Shown: positions 43,080 through 53,515, counted from the first letter of the stretch. The stretch: 64,000 bases of DNA from an uncultured Gemmatimonadales bacterium (GCA_963798915.1 CAWCVB010000010.1:64001-128000), one strand, 5' to 3'. The notes: a model not told the origin generated them from the letters alone. Program-made: numbers and translations.

Positions 43080-44708
43080 CTATGCCTCTCTCATGAACGA
43101 ATACCGATAGTCCACTGGCGGTTCGAAGGTTTCCTTGATGCTGCGGGGCGACACCCAGCGCATCAGGTTGAGGATCGAGCCGGCCTTGTCGTTGGTGCCA
43201 CTGGCACGGCTGCCGCCAAAGGGCTGCTGGCCGACTACCGCACCGGTGGGTTTGTCATTCACGTAGAAGTTGCCGGCCGCATGCATCAGGGCCATGCGCG
43301 CCTCCTCCACTGCGGCACGATCCTGCGAGAAGACCGAACCGGTGAGCGCATACGGGCTGGTTGCGTCCACCAGCGCCAAGGTCTCCTTCCACTTGCGGTC
43401 AGCGTAGACGTGAACCGTCAGCACCGGCCCGAATATTTCCTCGCACATCAACCGATAGGATGGATCCGCCGCCTCGATGAGGGTGGGCTCGATGAACCAC
43501 CCCTCCCGGTCGTCGCTGCCTCCACCCGCCAGGACCGTCACGCCGTCATCCTTGCGCGCCTGCTTCAGGTAGCCGGTGATCTTCCGGAACGCCTTTTCGT
43601 CAATGACCGCGCCCATGAAATTGGTGAAGTCGGCCACGTCGCCCATGGAGATCGTATCCATCAACGCCACCAGCTGCTTTCGAACCCGGGGCCAGAGCGA
43701 CTTGGGAACGTAGGCGCGCGACGCCGCGCTGCATTTCTGGCCCTGGTACTCGAACGCACCGCGCACCAGCGCCACACAGAGTGCATCCACGTCCGCACTG
43801 GCATGGGCCAGTACGAAATCCTTGCCGCCGGTCTCGCCCACGAGCCGGGGATACCCGCGGTAGTTCGCAATATTCTCGCCGACGGTCCGGAAGAAGCTCT
43901 GGAAGACCGGAGTGGAGCCAGTGAAGTGAATCCCGGCGAGGTCTCGATGCGCGAGGAGCGCCTCTGAAATCTCGGAGGCAGGACCGGGAACGAAGTTGAT
44001 CACGCCCGGCGGCAGGCCGCATTCCTCGAGCAGGCGGAAGAAGTGCCAGTTGCTGAGCGTCGCCGTGCCGGCCGGCTTCCACACCACCGTGTTGCCGAGG
44101 ATTGCCGGGGCCGTTGGCAGGTTCCCGCCGATCGCCGTGAAGTTGAACGGCGTTATGGCGTAGACGAAGCCCTCGAGCGGACGATACTCCATCCGGTTCC
44201 ACACCCCTCGGGCACTCGTGGGCTGCTCGGCGTAGAGGCGCTCCGCGAAGTGCACATTGAAGCGCAGGAAATCGATCAGCTCGCAGGCGCTGTCGATTTC
44301 CGCCTGGAAGGCGGTCTTGCTCTGGCCCAGCATGGTCGCAGCGTTGAGTACCGGACGCCACGCACCCGCCAGACGATCCGCCGCCTTCAGGAACACCGCT
44401 GCGCGATCCTCGAATCGCCAGCTGGCCCACTCCCGCTGCGCCGACACTGCCGCGTCAGCCGCATCGGATGCCGTCCGCTTGTCGGCCCGGTGGACATTCG
44501 CCAGGACGTGGTCGTGGCGATGCGGACAGGTGACCTGGATCGTGGCGTCGCCGCGACGCTCTTCGCCGCCGACCACGACCGGGATATCGGCAACTTCGCC
44601 CGCCATCGCATGCAGCGCGTTCTTGAGTGTTGCACGCTCGGGCGAGCCGGGCGCGTAGCTCAAGACCGGCTCATTCTGGGGCTGTGGAATATTCGGTACA
44701 CTGGCCAT
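43080..44708 (-). CDS. pruA: L-glutamate gamma-semialdehyde (P5C) dehydrogenase
   Basis: NEPVLSYAPGSPER, EIDSACELIDFLRFN, GETGGKDF, FEYQGQKCSA, NDKPTGAVVGQQPFGG. Confidence 0.94.
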   Translation of the reverse strand: MASVPNIPQPQNEPVLSYAPGSPERATLKNALHAMAGEVADIPVVVGGEERRGDATIQVTCPHRHDHVLANVHRADKRTASDAADAAVSAQREWASWRFEDRAAVFLKAADRLAGAWRPVLNAATMLGQSKTAFQAEIDSACELIDFLRFNVHFAERLYAEQPTSARGVWNRMEYRPLEGFVYAITPFNFTAIGGNLPTAPAILGNTVVWKPAGTATLSNWHFFRLLEECGLPPGVINFVPGPASEISEALLAHRDLAGIHFTGSTPVFQSFFRTVGENIANYRGYPRLVGETGGKDFVLAHASADVDALCVALVRGAFEYQGQKCSAASRAYVPKSLWPRVRKQLVALMDTISMGDVADFTNFMGAVIDEKAFRKITGYLKQARKDDGVTVLAGGGSDDREGWFIEPTLIEAADPSYRLMCEEIFGPVLTVHVYADRKWKETLALVDATSPYALTGSVFSQDRAAVEEARMALMHAAGNFYVNDKPTGAVVGQQPFGGSRASGTNDKAGSILNLMRWVSPRSIKETFEPPVDYRYSFMREA

Positions 44709-44755
44709 GAGGTCCTGTCCGGTGGGTGTGCCTGTGATGTCGGACGGGAATTATA

Positions 44756-45038
44756 GCAGGACGGGCAGGACGGGCAGGGGGTCGTCAGTCGTAGGTCGTC
44801 AGTCGTCGGTCGTCGGTCTGCGAGCTCTGTCATCCTGAGCGACGCGAAGGATCCACTCACCAGCGTCCGGACCCGGACCGGTAGATCCTTCGGCCGCTTC
44901 GCGGCCTCTGGATGACACCTGCCACGGGATCCACCTCAGGCATTGTCGCCGCAGGCGACACGCGCCGAGCAGCGGCCTTTAGTCGCGTGAGGACGAGTCA
45001 CCTCGCCGTCTCGCCCGCCCTGCCCGCCCTGCCCGCCC
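44756..45038. repeat. Composite intergenic repeat region with nested palindromic element
   Basis: GCAGGACGG repeats, (GTCGTCR) heptamers, TGTCATCC..GAAGGATC..GATCCTTC..GGATGACA (44828-44917), (CCCGCCCTG)n. Confidence 0.65.
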
Positions 45039-46093
45039 TACCGATACGCCCGCACCGCCGTTGCCTTGAACGAGGCAAACACCACGGCGCCTGGCGCGAG
45101 TCCCAGCGCCTGGGCTCCGGCCGGCGTTACCTCCGCGACCAGTCGCGGCGCCGTCGCCAGTGCTACACGGATTCGCTCGCCGTGGGGCGGCTCGGGTGCC
45201 AGTTCCGTCACCTCACCGCGGAAGATGTTCCGGGCACTACCCTCCGGAGCAGCGCGGGACAGCACAATCGCGGTCGGCGGGACGACAGCAAATACATCGC
45301 TCGCTCCGCCTGGGTCCACGACGGTCAGCCGGCCATCCCCGGCGTCCAGCTCAGCCAATCCTGATTCAGGCCGGCTGACGATGACGCCGCGGAAGAAATT
45401 GGCGCCCAGGAACGCCGCCACCGAGTGCGAGCGAGGACGGAGCAGCAGCTCGTCTCCCGTGCCGTGCTGGACCACCTTGCCCCGTTCCATCACCGCAATC
45501 CTGCTTCCGAGTGCCAGGGCCTCGAGCGGACTATGGGTCACCAGGAGTGTCACGCCCTGACGCTCGGCAATGATCGCGGCAAGTGTCGAACGCAGGGCCG
45601 TCCGATTCTCGGGATCCAGCGCACTGAGTGGTTCGTCGAGAAGCAGGAGCGCCGGCCCGACCGCGAGCGCCCGAGCCAGCGCGATCCGCTGGCGTTCGCC
45701 TCCCGAGAGGCCCGCAATTTCGCGACCGGCCAGGCCGCCCGCACCACAGCGCTCCAGCAGCTCGTCCGCCCGGCGCCTCCTGTCGCGACTGAGGCCGAAG
45801 GCGACATTGTCCCGCGCGTTGAGGTGCGGAAAGAGTGAGGCCTCCTGCGGGACCCAGCCCACCGATCGTTCGTTCGCGGCCCGGTGGATCGACCTGGCCG
45901 TATCGGCCCAGCGCTGCCCGTCCACCAGGATGTGCCCCTCGTCCAGGGGATCGAGCCCGGCGAGTAGCCGCAGGACGCTGGTCTTGCCGGCACCGCTGCC
46001 TCCGGCGAGCACCAGCGTGCCGCCAGGTGGCAGCTGCAGCTCGGCTTCGAGGTCGAGCGCCCCGTGACGCCTACACAGTCGCGCGTCGAGCAT
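45038..46093 (-). CDS. modC: Molybdate ABC transporter ATP-binding protein with TOBE domains
   Basis: GGSGAGKTS, LSGGERQRIALARAL, LLLDEPLSALD, LGLAPG..VFASFKATAV. Confidence 0.85.
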   Translation of the reverse strand: MLDARLCRRHGALDLEAELQLPPGGTLVLAGGSGAGKTSVLRLLAGLDPLDEGHILVDGQRWADTARSIHRAANERSVGWVPQEASLFPHLNARDNVAFGLSRDRRRRADELLERCGAGGLAGREIAGLSGGERQRIALARALAVGPALLLLDEPLSALDPENRTALRSTLAAIIAERQGVTLLVTHSPLEALALGSRIAVMERGKVVQHGTGDELLLRPRSHSVAAFLGANFFRGVIVSRPESGLAELDAGDGRLTVVDPGGASDVFAVVPPTAIVLSRAAPEGSARNIFRGEVTELAPEPPHGERIRVALATAPRLVAEVTPAGAQALGLAPGAVVFASFKATAVRAYR

Positions 46094-46886
46094 TCGCACC
46101 GGACGAGAATGGAAGCCACGCGCGCACGGCCACCAGCACGCCACCGGAGATAGCCAGCAGGAGGACGCCTGCCGCCAGTGCTGAGCCGAGATCCTGTTGC
46201 AGCGCCGTATAGACAGCGAGCGGCATGGTCTGGGTGCGGCCGGGAAGATTTCCCGCGAATGTGATGGTCGCGCCGAATTCCCCGAGAGCGCGGGCCCAGG
46301 CCATGACGGCACCGGCGATCAGCGACGGAGTGGCCAGCGGGAGCATCACGCGCCGGAACAGTGTGAAGACGCCGCAGCCCAGCGTCGCGCCAACCTCGAG
46401 CAGTTGGCGGTCCACGGCCCGCATCCCGCTGGCGGCGGCCAGCGCAAAGAACGGAAAGCCGACAAACACCTGGGCGATGATGACCGCGGCGGGCGTGAAC
46501 GGAATGCTCCAGCCAAGGGCGGTGACGGTCCGCCCCAGAAGCCCGGCGCGTCCGAAAGCGAGCAGCAACCCGAGTCCTGCCACGGTCGGCGGCAGGATGA
46601 GCGGAAGCACCAGCAGCGATTCGAACCAGTGCGAGGCACGCGATTGTGCCGTCGCCAGCCACCAGGCCACGGGAAGGCCGATGAGAACCACGATGCCAAT
46701 GGCGGAGGTGCTCGTAGTCAGACTGAGTACCAGTGCCTGGCGCACCGTGGGCTCAAGCAGCTTCTGCAGCAGGAGCGACGGCTGGACCGCCAGCAGCAGC
46801 GCCAGCACCGGCAAGAGCATGAAGCCCGCCGCGAGACCAGCCAGGGCACCGCTGAACGCGCGCCAGCCTGGGCTCCGCCACGTCAC
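46071..46886 (-). CDS. modB: Molybdate ABC transporter permease
   Basis: LPLILPPTVAGLGLLLAFG, WARALGEFGATITFAGNLPGRTQTMPLAVY. Confidence 0.9.
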   Translation of the reverse strand: MTWRSPGWRAFSGALAGLAAGFMLLPVLALLLAVQPSLLLQKLLEPTVRQALVLSLTTSTSAIGIVVLIGLPVAWWLATAQSRASHWFESLLVLPLILPPTVAGLGLLLAFGRAGLLGRTVTALGWSIPFTPAAVIIAQVFVGFPFFALAAASGMRAVDRQLLEVGATLGCGVFTLFRRVMLPLATPSLIAGAVMAWARALGEFGATITFAGNLPGRTQTMPLAVYTALQQDLGSALAAGVLLLAISGGVLVAVRAWLPFSSGANARRATV

Positions 46887-47713
46887 GGCGCGGAGGGCTC
46901 GCTGGAGGCTGGCAGCTCAAACCCGTGACGCCGAAGAACCGCCGCGCCCTTCTCCGACCTGAGCAGGGCGAGAAAGGTTTGGGTGTTGCTGCTGTCGCCA
47001 GGAGTCGTAGTCCGGGCAATGAAATACTGTGTCTTCACCTCGTGGGCGAAGGGTACCGCAAGCTCACGCAACGCTCCCGATGTATCCTGCAGCAGCTGCG
47101 CCCGATACAGAATGCCGGCATCCGCCTCGCCGAGCCGTAGCTTGCTGGCGACCCCGGCGGCCGACAATTCCTGGGAGACAACACCAAGCTCCACCCGGGT
47201 GGCAAAATCCTCACCGTATCCGGGCAGGCGAGCCAGTCGCCGCAACAGCAGGCGCGAATAGCGGCCCAGCGGCACCTGCGGCGCAGCCAGCACGATCTTG
47301 GCGCCCGGGGACGCCAGGTTGATCGGCGACTTGATGAAGCCGGCCGAACCCGACCGTGTGGACATCACCACCGCGAGGCTGGAGCCCGCGAAGGCATCCG
47401 CTGTTCTCGCCAGTCCCTTGTCCTGGGCCGTCTTCATCCACTGTTCATCGGCTGTGACAAGCAGGTCGGCCGTGCCACCCAGCTCCAGCTGGGACACCAG
47501 CGATGACGAGCCACCGCCATTGAGGCGGATGACCAGGGAGGAGTCCCGCGCTCGCATGGTATCGGCCAGATCCTGGAATGCGGGTACCAGCGAGGAAGCG
47601 ACAAAGATCGTAAGCGCGTGACCTGACGGGCTGCCACGCGATTCACCGCGACGGCAGGCCGTTGCCAGTGTCAAGAACAGCATCAGGACACGGGTCAAGC
47701 GGGAGGCATGCAT
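46883..47713 (-). CDS. modA: Molybdate ABC transporter substrate-binding lipoprotein
   Basis: Lipobox LATAC, FVASSL, GGSSSLVSQLE.G..ADL, VPLGRY, GEADAGILY. Confidence 0.85.
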   Translation of the reverse strand: MHASRLTRVLMLFLTLATACRRGESRGSPSGHALTIFVASSLVPAFQDLADTMRARDSSLVIRLNGGGSSSLVSQLELGGTADLLVTADEQWMKTAQDKGLARTADAFAGSSLAVVMSTRSGSAGFIKSPINLASPGAKIVLAAPQVPLGRYSRLLLRRLARLPGYGEDFATRVELGVVSQELSAAGVASKLRLGEADAGILYRAQLLQDTSGALRELAVPFAHEVKTQYFIARTTTPGDSSNTQTFLALLRSEKGAAVLRRHGFELPASSEPSAP

Positions 47714-47891
47714 TGGGCACCTGCCGAGTGGGAGCGCCGGCGAGATGGCGGGGTCCGCGTCATCGGCCGGGAGCGGACCATGGGTCTGGGAAGCGGTGGC
47801 CAGCAGCACGGGCGCACGACCACGCTGCCCTACTGGCGGCAACCGCTGCCTCCAAGCTAACATCTACCCGACTCATGAACCGGGACCATCA

Positions 47892-48287
47892 ATGAACCGA
47901 GCTTTCCTGCCGCTGGCCCTCATCGCCCTGCTCGCCGCCTGCCCCACCTACGACGAGTATCCCAAGTTGAGCGACCAGCGCGGCCTGGTGGACGCCGATA
48001 CCTATGCGCGCTACGGCAAGGAACAGGCACAGGCCATGGCCATTGCCAGGGAATACGGACATTTCCATCAGGGCGATACCCGGGCCGACTTGCAGGCGGC
48101 CGCTGAAAGCACGGTGGCCTACGCCCGAACTCTTCCGGACGTCACCGACATCACGGCGGACTCGCTGGGACATCGGGTGACCATTCAGTTCCGGAGCGGC
48201 TGGCGGACCATGGTGAACCCCATCGACGATGGCAAGCGCGGCAGCGACACCCCCAATCTTCCGGGAGCGGGCTCGGCCGGGCCCTGA
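47892..48287 (+). CDS. Hypothetical lipoprotein
   Basis: MNRAFLPLALIALLAAC lipobox; 1-bp overlap with cutA. Confidence 0.65.
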   Translation: MNRAFLPLALIALLAACPTYDEYPKLSDQRGLVDADTYARYGKEQAQAMAIAREYGHFHQGDTRADLQAAAESTVAYARTLPDVTDITADSLGHRVTIQFRSGWRTMVNPIDDGKRGSDTPNLPGAGSAGP

Positions 48288-48613
48288 TGCCGGCCGCCGA
48301 GGTTGTCGAGGTCCGCACCACGGTCGCACGTCGGGAGGACGCCGACCGGCTCGCGCGGGACGCCGTCGAGGCACGGCTCGCGGCTTGCGCCCAGGTGATC
48401 GGCCCGCTTACCAGCCATTATCACTGGAAGGGCGTTCTGGAGCGGACCGACGAGTGGCGCTGCAGCTTCAAGACGTCCCGACGTCGATGGCCGGACCTCG
48501 CGCAGTTCCTGCGCCAACGCCATCCATATGAATTGCCCGAAATCGTGATGCTGCCACTGACCGGCAGCGATGAATATCTCGGCTGGATCACGGACGAGGT
48601 AGCGGGCTGGTAG
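48287..48613 (+). CDS. cutA: Divalent-cation tolerance protein CutA
   Basis: RLAACAQV, SHYHWKG, HPYELPEI, YLGWI. Confidence 0.92.
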   Translation: MPAAEVVEVRTTVARREDADRLARDAVEARLAACAQVIGPLTSHYHWKGVLERTDEWRCSFKTSRRRWPDLAQFLRQRHPYELPEIVMLPLTGSDEYLGWITDEVAGW

Positions 48614-48682
48614 GGGCACGGCACGCCGTGCCCCTGCGACCCTCGACCCGTGACCCACGGTCCGCGACCCGCGACCCGCGAC
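48610..48682 (+). repeat. GTAG-type REP-like palindrome plus (CGACCCN) heptamer array
   Basis: GTAGGGGCACGGCACGCCGTGCCCCTGC overlapping cutA stop, then cgaccct cgacccg tgaccca cggtccg cgacccg cgacccg. Confidence 0.65.
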
Positions 48683-48698
48683 CACCCGGGGGCGTCCC

Positions 48699-50078
48699 AT
48701 GCATTCTCCCGCCACACCAGAACTGCTCTACCTGCTCTCGGGCGACGAGGAAGACTTCCTCGAGGCCTGTGCCGACCTGCGCCCGGCGGACATCGCTGAC
48801 GCACTGAATGAGCTCCCGGAGGAGGCGGCCGCCCGCATCGTGGCGGCGCTTCCCTTTCACCGGGCGGTCGAGGTCTTTGACGAACCCGAGCTGGAACGCC
48901 GGGGCCGTATCATTGCCAAGCTGGCGCAGGAAACGGCGGTTGCGCTGCTGGAAGCCATGTCGGCTGACCAGCAGGTGGAAATCTTCCGGGACCTGGACGA
49001 TGATGCGCGAAGCCGCCTGGAGCACGTCCTTGCCGCTCCCACGCGGGACGCACTCCGGCTTCTGCTCCGCTACCCGGAGACGACGGCCGGGGGCATCATG
49101 ACGACCGAGTTTCTCTCGGTCCCCTCCGGCTGGTCGGTCGGCCGCGTGCTGGAGCACATTCATGCCGTCGGCGACGCCAAGGAGACGGTCTATGCCATCT
49201 ACATCCTGGACGACCGCCAGCGCCTGGCCCACGTCGTTTCGCTGAGGCAGCTGATCACGGCGGAGCCGGAGGTCTCGGTGCTGAACGTGGGCGAGCGGCG
49301 CAAGCCGGTGACCTGCGGACCCTACACTGACCGGGAAGATGTGGCCCGGCTGATCTCCAAGTACAACCTGCTCGCCATTCCGGTACTCGATGATGCCCAG
49401 CGGGTCCTCGGCATCGCCACGGTCGATGACATCATTGACGCACTGGTGACCGAGCAAACCGAAGACGTGCAGAAGTTCGGAGGCATGGAGGCGCTGGACC
49501 AGCCCTACATGCAGATCGGCCTCGGCTCGATGATCCGGAAACGGGCTGGCTGGCTCTGCGCCCTCTTTCTGGGTGAAATGCTCACGGCCACCGCCATGGG
49601 CCACTTCCAGGGCGAGATCAACCGCGCCGTCGTCCTGGCGCTGTTCATCCCGCTCATCATCAGCTCCGGGGGCAACAGCGGCTCGCAGGCGACCTCACTC
49701 ATCATCCGGGCCCTTGCACTCCGGGAGGTCGAAGTGCGCGACTGGTGGCGGGTCGCGGTCCGGGAACTCCCCGCCGGGCTCGCGCTCGGGACCATTCTCG
49801 GCTGCATCGGGCTTGTGCGCATCCTCGTCTGGCAGTATTTCGGTCTATACGACTACGGCATCCATTACGGCATCGTCGCGCTCACGGTCTCCCTGACGCT
49901 GGTCGGTGTGGTGCTCTTCGGCTCGCTGGTTGGCTCCATGCTGCCCTTCGTGTTGCGCCGGGTGGGCTTCGACCCGGCCAGCGCCTCGGCACCGTTCGTG
50001 GCCACCGTGGTGGACGTCACCGGCCTCGTCATCTATTTCACCGTTGCATCGCTGCTGTTGAGTGGAACCCTGCTGTAA
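48699..50078 (+). CDS. mgtE: Magnesium transporter MgtE
   Basis: YPETTAGGIMTTEF, CBS pair, FIPLIISSGGNSGSQA, DPASASAPFVATVVDVTG. Confidence 0.95.
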   Translation: MHSPATPELLYLLSGDEEDFLEACADLRPADIADALNELPEEAAARIVAALPFHRAVEVFDEPELERRGRIIAKLAQETAVALLEAMSADQQVEIFRDLDDDARSRLEHVLAAPTRDALRLLLRYPETTAGGIMTTEFLSVPSGWSVGRVLEHIHAVGDAKETVYAIYILDDRQRLAHVVSLRQLITAEPEVSVLNVGERRKPVTCGPYTDREDVARLISKYNLLAIPVLDDAQRVLGIATVDDIIDALVTEQTEDVQKFGGMEALDQPYMQIGLGSMIRKRAGWLCALFLGEMLTATAMGHFQGEINRAVVLALFIPLIISSGGNSGSQATSLIIRALALREVEVRDWWRVAVRELPAGLALGTILGCIGLVRILVWQYFGLYDYGIHYGIVALTVSLTLVGVVLFGSLVGSMLPFVLRRVGFDPASASAPFVATVVDVTGLVIYFTVASLLLSGTLL

Positions 50079-50096
50079 CCTCGACTGGAGACACGC

Positions 50097-50816
50097 ATGA
50101 CTGACGCGACCGCCGCGCCCATGGCCAGCCAGCCCGGCATCATGGACTGTGCCGAGATCTACTACGCTCCCAGCAGCGTCTTTGAACGCCGCCGCCAGGG
50201 CAAGTTCGGCATTCCGCTGCTGGTCTATGTGGTAGTCATGATTGTGGTCTTCTTCGCCACGCGCGACTTGATGAAGCCCCTCACCGACCTGCAGTTCAAC
50301 AAGTCCATGGCGTCGACCATGGCCAAGAATCCTCAGATAACGGCCGAGAACCTCGAGAAGGGCCGGCAGTTCGCGACCAAGCTGGCGCCAGTGGGCGTCG
50401 TGGTCGGCTCGGCCGTCGTGCCCCTGATCGTCGGGCTCATCATCTGGCTGATTGCCAAGTTCGCCGGCGCCGGGCTGGGCCTCGCGCAAGGCATGGTGGT
50501 GGGCGTCTTCATGATGTTCCCTTCCATTGCGGAGTACATCCTCAATGCCATCCAGCTGGCGCTGATGGACGAGAGTTCGGTCACGACGACCTACAGTCTC
50601 AGCGTGGGACCCGCGCGATTCATGCACGACGCGTCACAGACCGTGCTGGCGCTGGTGGGACACATTGACCTGTTCACCATCTGGATGGCCTTCCTGGTCT
50701 ACCTGGGGGTCAAGGTCATCGGCAAGACCTCCACCGGCACGGCGGCCACCGTTGCCATCGTAGCGTGGGTCCTCGGCGCGCTGCCGGCGCTCGCGGGCGC
50801 CATCCGCGCCGGCTGA
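50097..50816 (+). CDS. YIP1 family membrane protein
   Basis: IYYAPSSVFE start, ~5 TM helices, DLFTIW..FLVYLG. Confidence 0.7.
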   Translation: MTDATAAPMASQPGIMDCAEIYYAPSSVFERRRQGKFGIPLLVYVVVMIVVFFATRDLMKPLTDLQFNKSMASTMAKNPQITAENLEKGRQFATKLAPVGVVVGSAVVPLIVGLIIWLIAKFAGAGLGLAQGMVVGVFMMFPSIAEYILNAIQLALMDESSVTTTYSLSVGPARFMHDASQTVLALVGHIDLFTIWMAFLVYLGVKVIGKTSTGTAATVAIVAWVLGALPALAGAIRAG

Positions 50817-50826
50817 GGGCAAGGCC

Positions 50827-51096
50827 ATGTCCAAGGCGACACTGATCACGGTGGCAGCCGCGGTTGCGCTCGGCGCGGTGCTCTACACGGGCACCATGTC
50901 GTCGCAGAAGGTCGAGTGCTTCGTGGTGGTGACCTATGCCGGCCGCACCGACAGCGCCACGGCTTCGGCTGCCGACCAGGGCGCCGCCGAGAACCAGGCG
51001 CGCACCACCGCCTGCGGCACGATATCGAGCGGGATGAACGATCGAATTGCGTGCTCCAACACTCCCCCGGCGCGAGTCCGCTGCCGGGAACTGTGA
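50827..51096 (+). CDS. Small exported protein with four Cys
   Basis: N-terminal hydrophobic segment; C..C..C..C pattern; coupled to next gene. Confidence 0.55.
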   Translation: MSKATLITVAAAVALGAVLYTGTMSSQKVECFVVVTYAGRTDSATASAADQGAAENQARTTACGTISSGMNDRIACSNTPPARVRCREL

Positions 51097-52430
51097 GGGT
51101 GCAGCTCCGCATCCCCCATCCGCTCGCGCTGCTGGTGGCGTGCATCCTGCTCGCGGGTGCTGCGACCTGGCTGCTTCCTCCAGGGCGATACGCCCGCCAT
51201 CACGACGACGTCACCGGCCGGGACATTGTCGTCGCAGGGACATATGCGCGGGTTGAGGCCGCGCCTGTCGGCCCCTTCGCTGCGCTGATCGCGATCCCCA
51301 AGGGTATCGGCGCGGCAGCGGATGTCGTGGCGTTCGTCTTTCTGGTCGGTGGTGCCTTCGCGGTCGTGGAACAGACCGGCGCGCTGCGACGCGCACTCCG
51401 GCGCCTCATCAGCGTGGTCGGCACCCGACAGGCGCTGGTCATTCCCATCATTTGTCTGGCCTTCGCCCTGGGCGGCGCGCTGGAGAACATGCAGGAGGAG
51501 ATCGTTGCATTCGTGCCCTTGCTCCTGCTGCTGGTGCGAGGGCTCGGTTTCGATGCGTTGACCGCCTGCGCCATGAGCGTGGGCGCGGCGTCAGTTGGCT
51601 CCGCCTTCAGCCCCGTGAATCCGTTTCAGGTAATCATCGCCCAGAAGGTGGCGCAGCTCTCGCCTGGATCGGGCGGAACATTCCGGTTGATCGTGCTGCT
51701 TCTTGCCCTCGGGCTCTGGATCTGGGGCACGTGGCGCTACACCCGCCGGAATCGCGTTGCCGCGGAGCCATTGGTGCTTCACCAGGAGAATGACGCGACG
51801 GGGTGGCGGCTGGACCTGATTCTGGTCATGGTCATCGCCACCCTGGCGATGCTGCCCATCGGTTTCAATGTTCTGGGGTGGGGATTCGACGAGATCTCAG
51901 CCCTGTTCTTCATCATGGGCGCAGTGGCGGGGCTGGTTGCCGGCATGGGCATCAGCGGCACCAGCGAAGCATTCGGCGAAGGATTCCGACAGATGGCGGT
52001 GGCGGCACTGGTCATCGGGTTCGCCAAGGCCATCTCGGTGGTGCTGGACCAGGGACAGGTGCTGGACACCATCGTGCATGGCCTCGCCACGCCACTTCAA
52101 GGGCTGCCGCCCACTGCTTCGGCCATCGCCATGCAGGGTGTGCAGACGCTGATCCACATCCCGGTGCCCAGCGTGAGCAGTCAGGCCGTGCTGACAATGC
52201 CGGTTCTCGTCCCCGTGTCAGACCTGCTCGGCATTGCGCGGCAGGTCACCGTATTGGCGTACCAGTACGGCGCCGGCCTCTGCGAAATCGTCACCCCGAC
52301 CAATGGCGCGCTGATGGCCATCCTCGCAGCCGCTGGGGTTCCGTTCGGGAAGTGGTTTCGCTTTGCCCTCCCGATGTACGGCTTGCTCATGCTGCTGGGC
52401 GCGTTGGCCATTGCGGTGTGGATGGTATGA
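51093..52430 (+). CDS. YfcC/DcuC-like (AbgT superfamily) transporter
   Basis: IPHPLALL, PPGRYAR, VNPFQVIIAQKVA, PSVSSQAVLTMPVLVPVSDLLG, PTNGALMAIL. Confidence 0.85.
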   Translation: MRVQLRIPHPLALLVACILLAGAATWLLPPGRYARHHDDVTGRDIVVAGTYARVEAAPVGPFAALIAIPKGIGAAADVVAFVFLVGGAFAVVEQTGALRRALRRLISVVGTRQALVIPIICLAFALGGALENMQEEIVAFVPLLLLLVRGLGFDALTACAMSVGAASVGSAFSPVNPFQVIIAQKVAQLSPGSGGTFRLIVLLLALGLWIWGTWRYTRRNRVAAEPLVLHQENDATGWRLDLILVMVIATLAMLPIGFNVLGWGFDEISALFFIMGAVAGLVAGMGISGTSEAFGEGFRQMAVAALVIGFAKAISVVLDQGQVLDTIVHGLATPLQGLPPTASAIAMQGVQTLIHIPVPSVSSQAVLTMPVLVPVSDLLGIARQVTVLAYQYGAGLCEIVTPTNGALMAILAAAGVPFGKWFRFALPMYGLLMLLGALAIAVWMV

Positions 52431-52433
52431 AGA

Positions 52434-52874
52434 CTATCTCACCAGCGCGTCGAGCACCCGTTCGTCGGCCAGTCCGGTATGCCGGCGCGACTCGGCGCCA
52501 TTCCGGAATGCGATGAGGGTGGGAATGCCTCGAATGCCGAACTTCCGGGCCGTGGCCGGGTTGGCTTCGGTATCGAGCTTGAGGACCAGAACCATGCCTG
52601 ATTGCCGTGCGGCAAAGGCGTCGAGTGCTGGCGCCATCATGCGGCAGGGGCCGCACCAGTCGGCATAGAAGTCGACGACCACTGGCACGGTCGTGCCGCT
52701 CACGACCTTGTCAAAGTCGCTGTCGGTCACCTTGATCGGCCGGTCCAGCCGAAGGGGCCGGTGGCACTCGGCACAGGTCGGATGCTCGCCGAGCCGGGCC
52801 ATGTTGACCCGGTTCAGGCGACCGCAGAACGGGCAGCGGGCCACGGCGTGGCGTGTGTCTGTTGCGTCGCTCAT
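52434..52874 (-). CDS. trxC: Thioredoxin 2 with N-terminal zinc finger
   Basis: CPFC..NR...CAEC, DFYADWCGPC, IRGIPTL. Confidence 0.92.
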   Translation of the reverse strand: MSDATDTRHAVARCPFCGRLNRVNMARLGEHPTCAECHRPLRLDRPIKVTDSDFDKVVSGTTVPVVVDFYADWCGPCRMMAPALDAFAARQSGMVLVLKLDTEANPATARKFGIRGIPTLIAFRNGAESRRHTGLADERVLDALVR

Positions 52875-52980
52875 CACATCTCCTGCGTACCTGTGGCCAC
52901 CGCGGGCCGTCTGCCCGGCATCAATAATGCATCTGGACCTGGGGAGGAAACATTCAGACCGAAACGCGGGTTCCTGAATC

Positions 52981-53406
52981 ATGAGTGAACTGACCATCCG
53001 GGAAATCGGGCAGGACGACGACTTCGCGCACTGGTTCCATGAACTGCTCGAAGCCGGAGCGGACGACGCAGCGGTCGGGCCCGCTGACGACCGTTATCTG
53101 GTGCTGTGCAACGAGATCGGGGACTGGATCGGAGGGCTGCGATTCTCCCTGCGTGGTGGCGTTGCGCAACTGATCGAGATTGGGATTGCCCCAGCGGCCC
53201 GGAGCCAGGGGCACGCCCACCGGCTGCTTGCGGCCTTCGAACGCCGCGCCACCGAGGACGGCGCCCATCTCGCTGAGTTCTGGACAGACGACTTTGGGGC
53301 AGAGGGGCTGCTCTCCGCCCTGGGCTGGCGCCGGGTGATGCTGCGCGATGCCTACCTGGGCGGCCGCCAGTGGCTGCTGCTCGAAAAGCCGTTGAATCAG
53401 GCCTGA
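52981..53406 (+). CDS. GNAT family N-acetyltransferase
   Basis: IAPAARSQGHAHRLLAAFE acetyl-CoA-binding-like motif. Confidence 0.75.
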   Translation: MSELTIREIGQDDDFAHWFHELLEAGADDAAVGPADDRYLVLCNEIGDWIGGLRFSLRGGVAQLIEIGIAPAARSQGHAHRLLAAFERRATEDGAHLAEFWTDDFGAEGLLSALGWRRVMLRDAYLGGRQWLLLEKPLNQA

Positions 53407-53515
53407 CCGCCAATCCGGCAGTCCGCCGGATTGGCCCCTCCGTTCCGTTCCGTTAGTATTCGGGCTGTACCTTGGCCGGCAATTTTGCCGGCTTCTTCCC
53501 GTGCCCGGGCGAACC

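Noticed and set aside
47714..48698. Moco riboswitch before modA or M-box before mgtE
   Set aside because: No recognisable consensus by eye; the mgtE upstream gap is short and filled by repeats; an Infernal/Rfam scan would be needed
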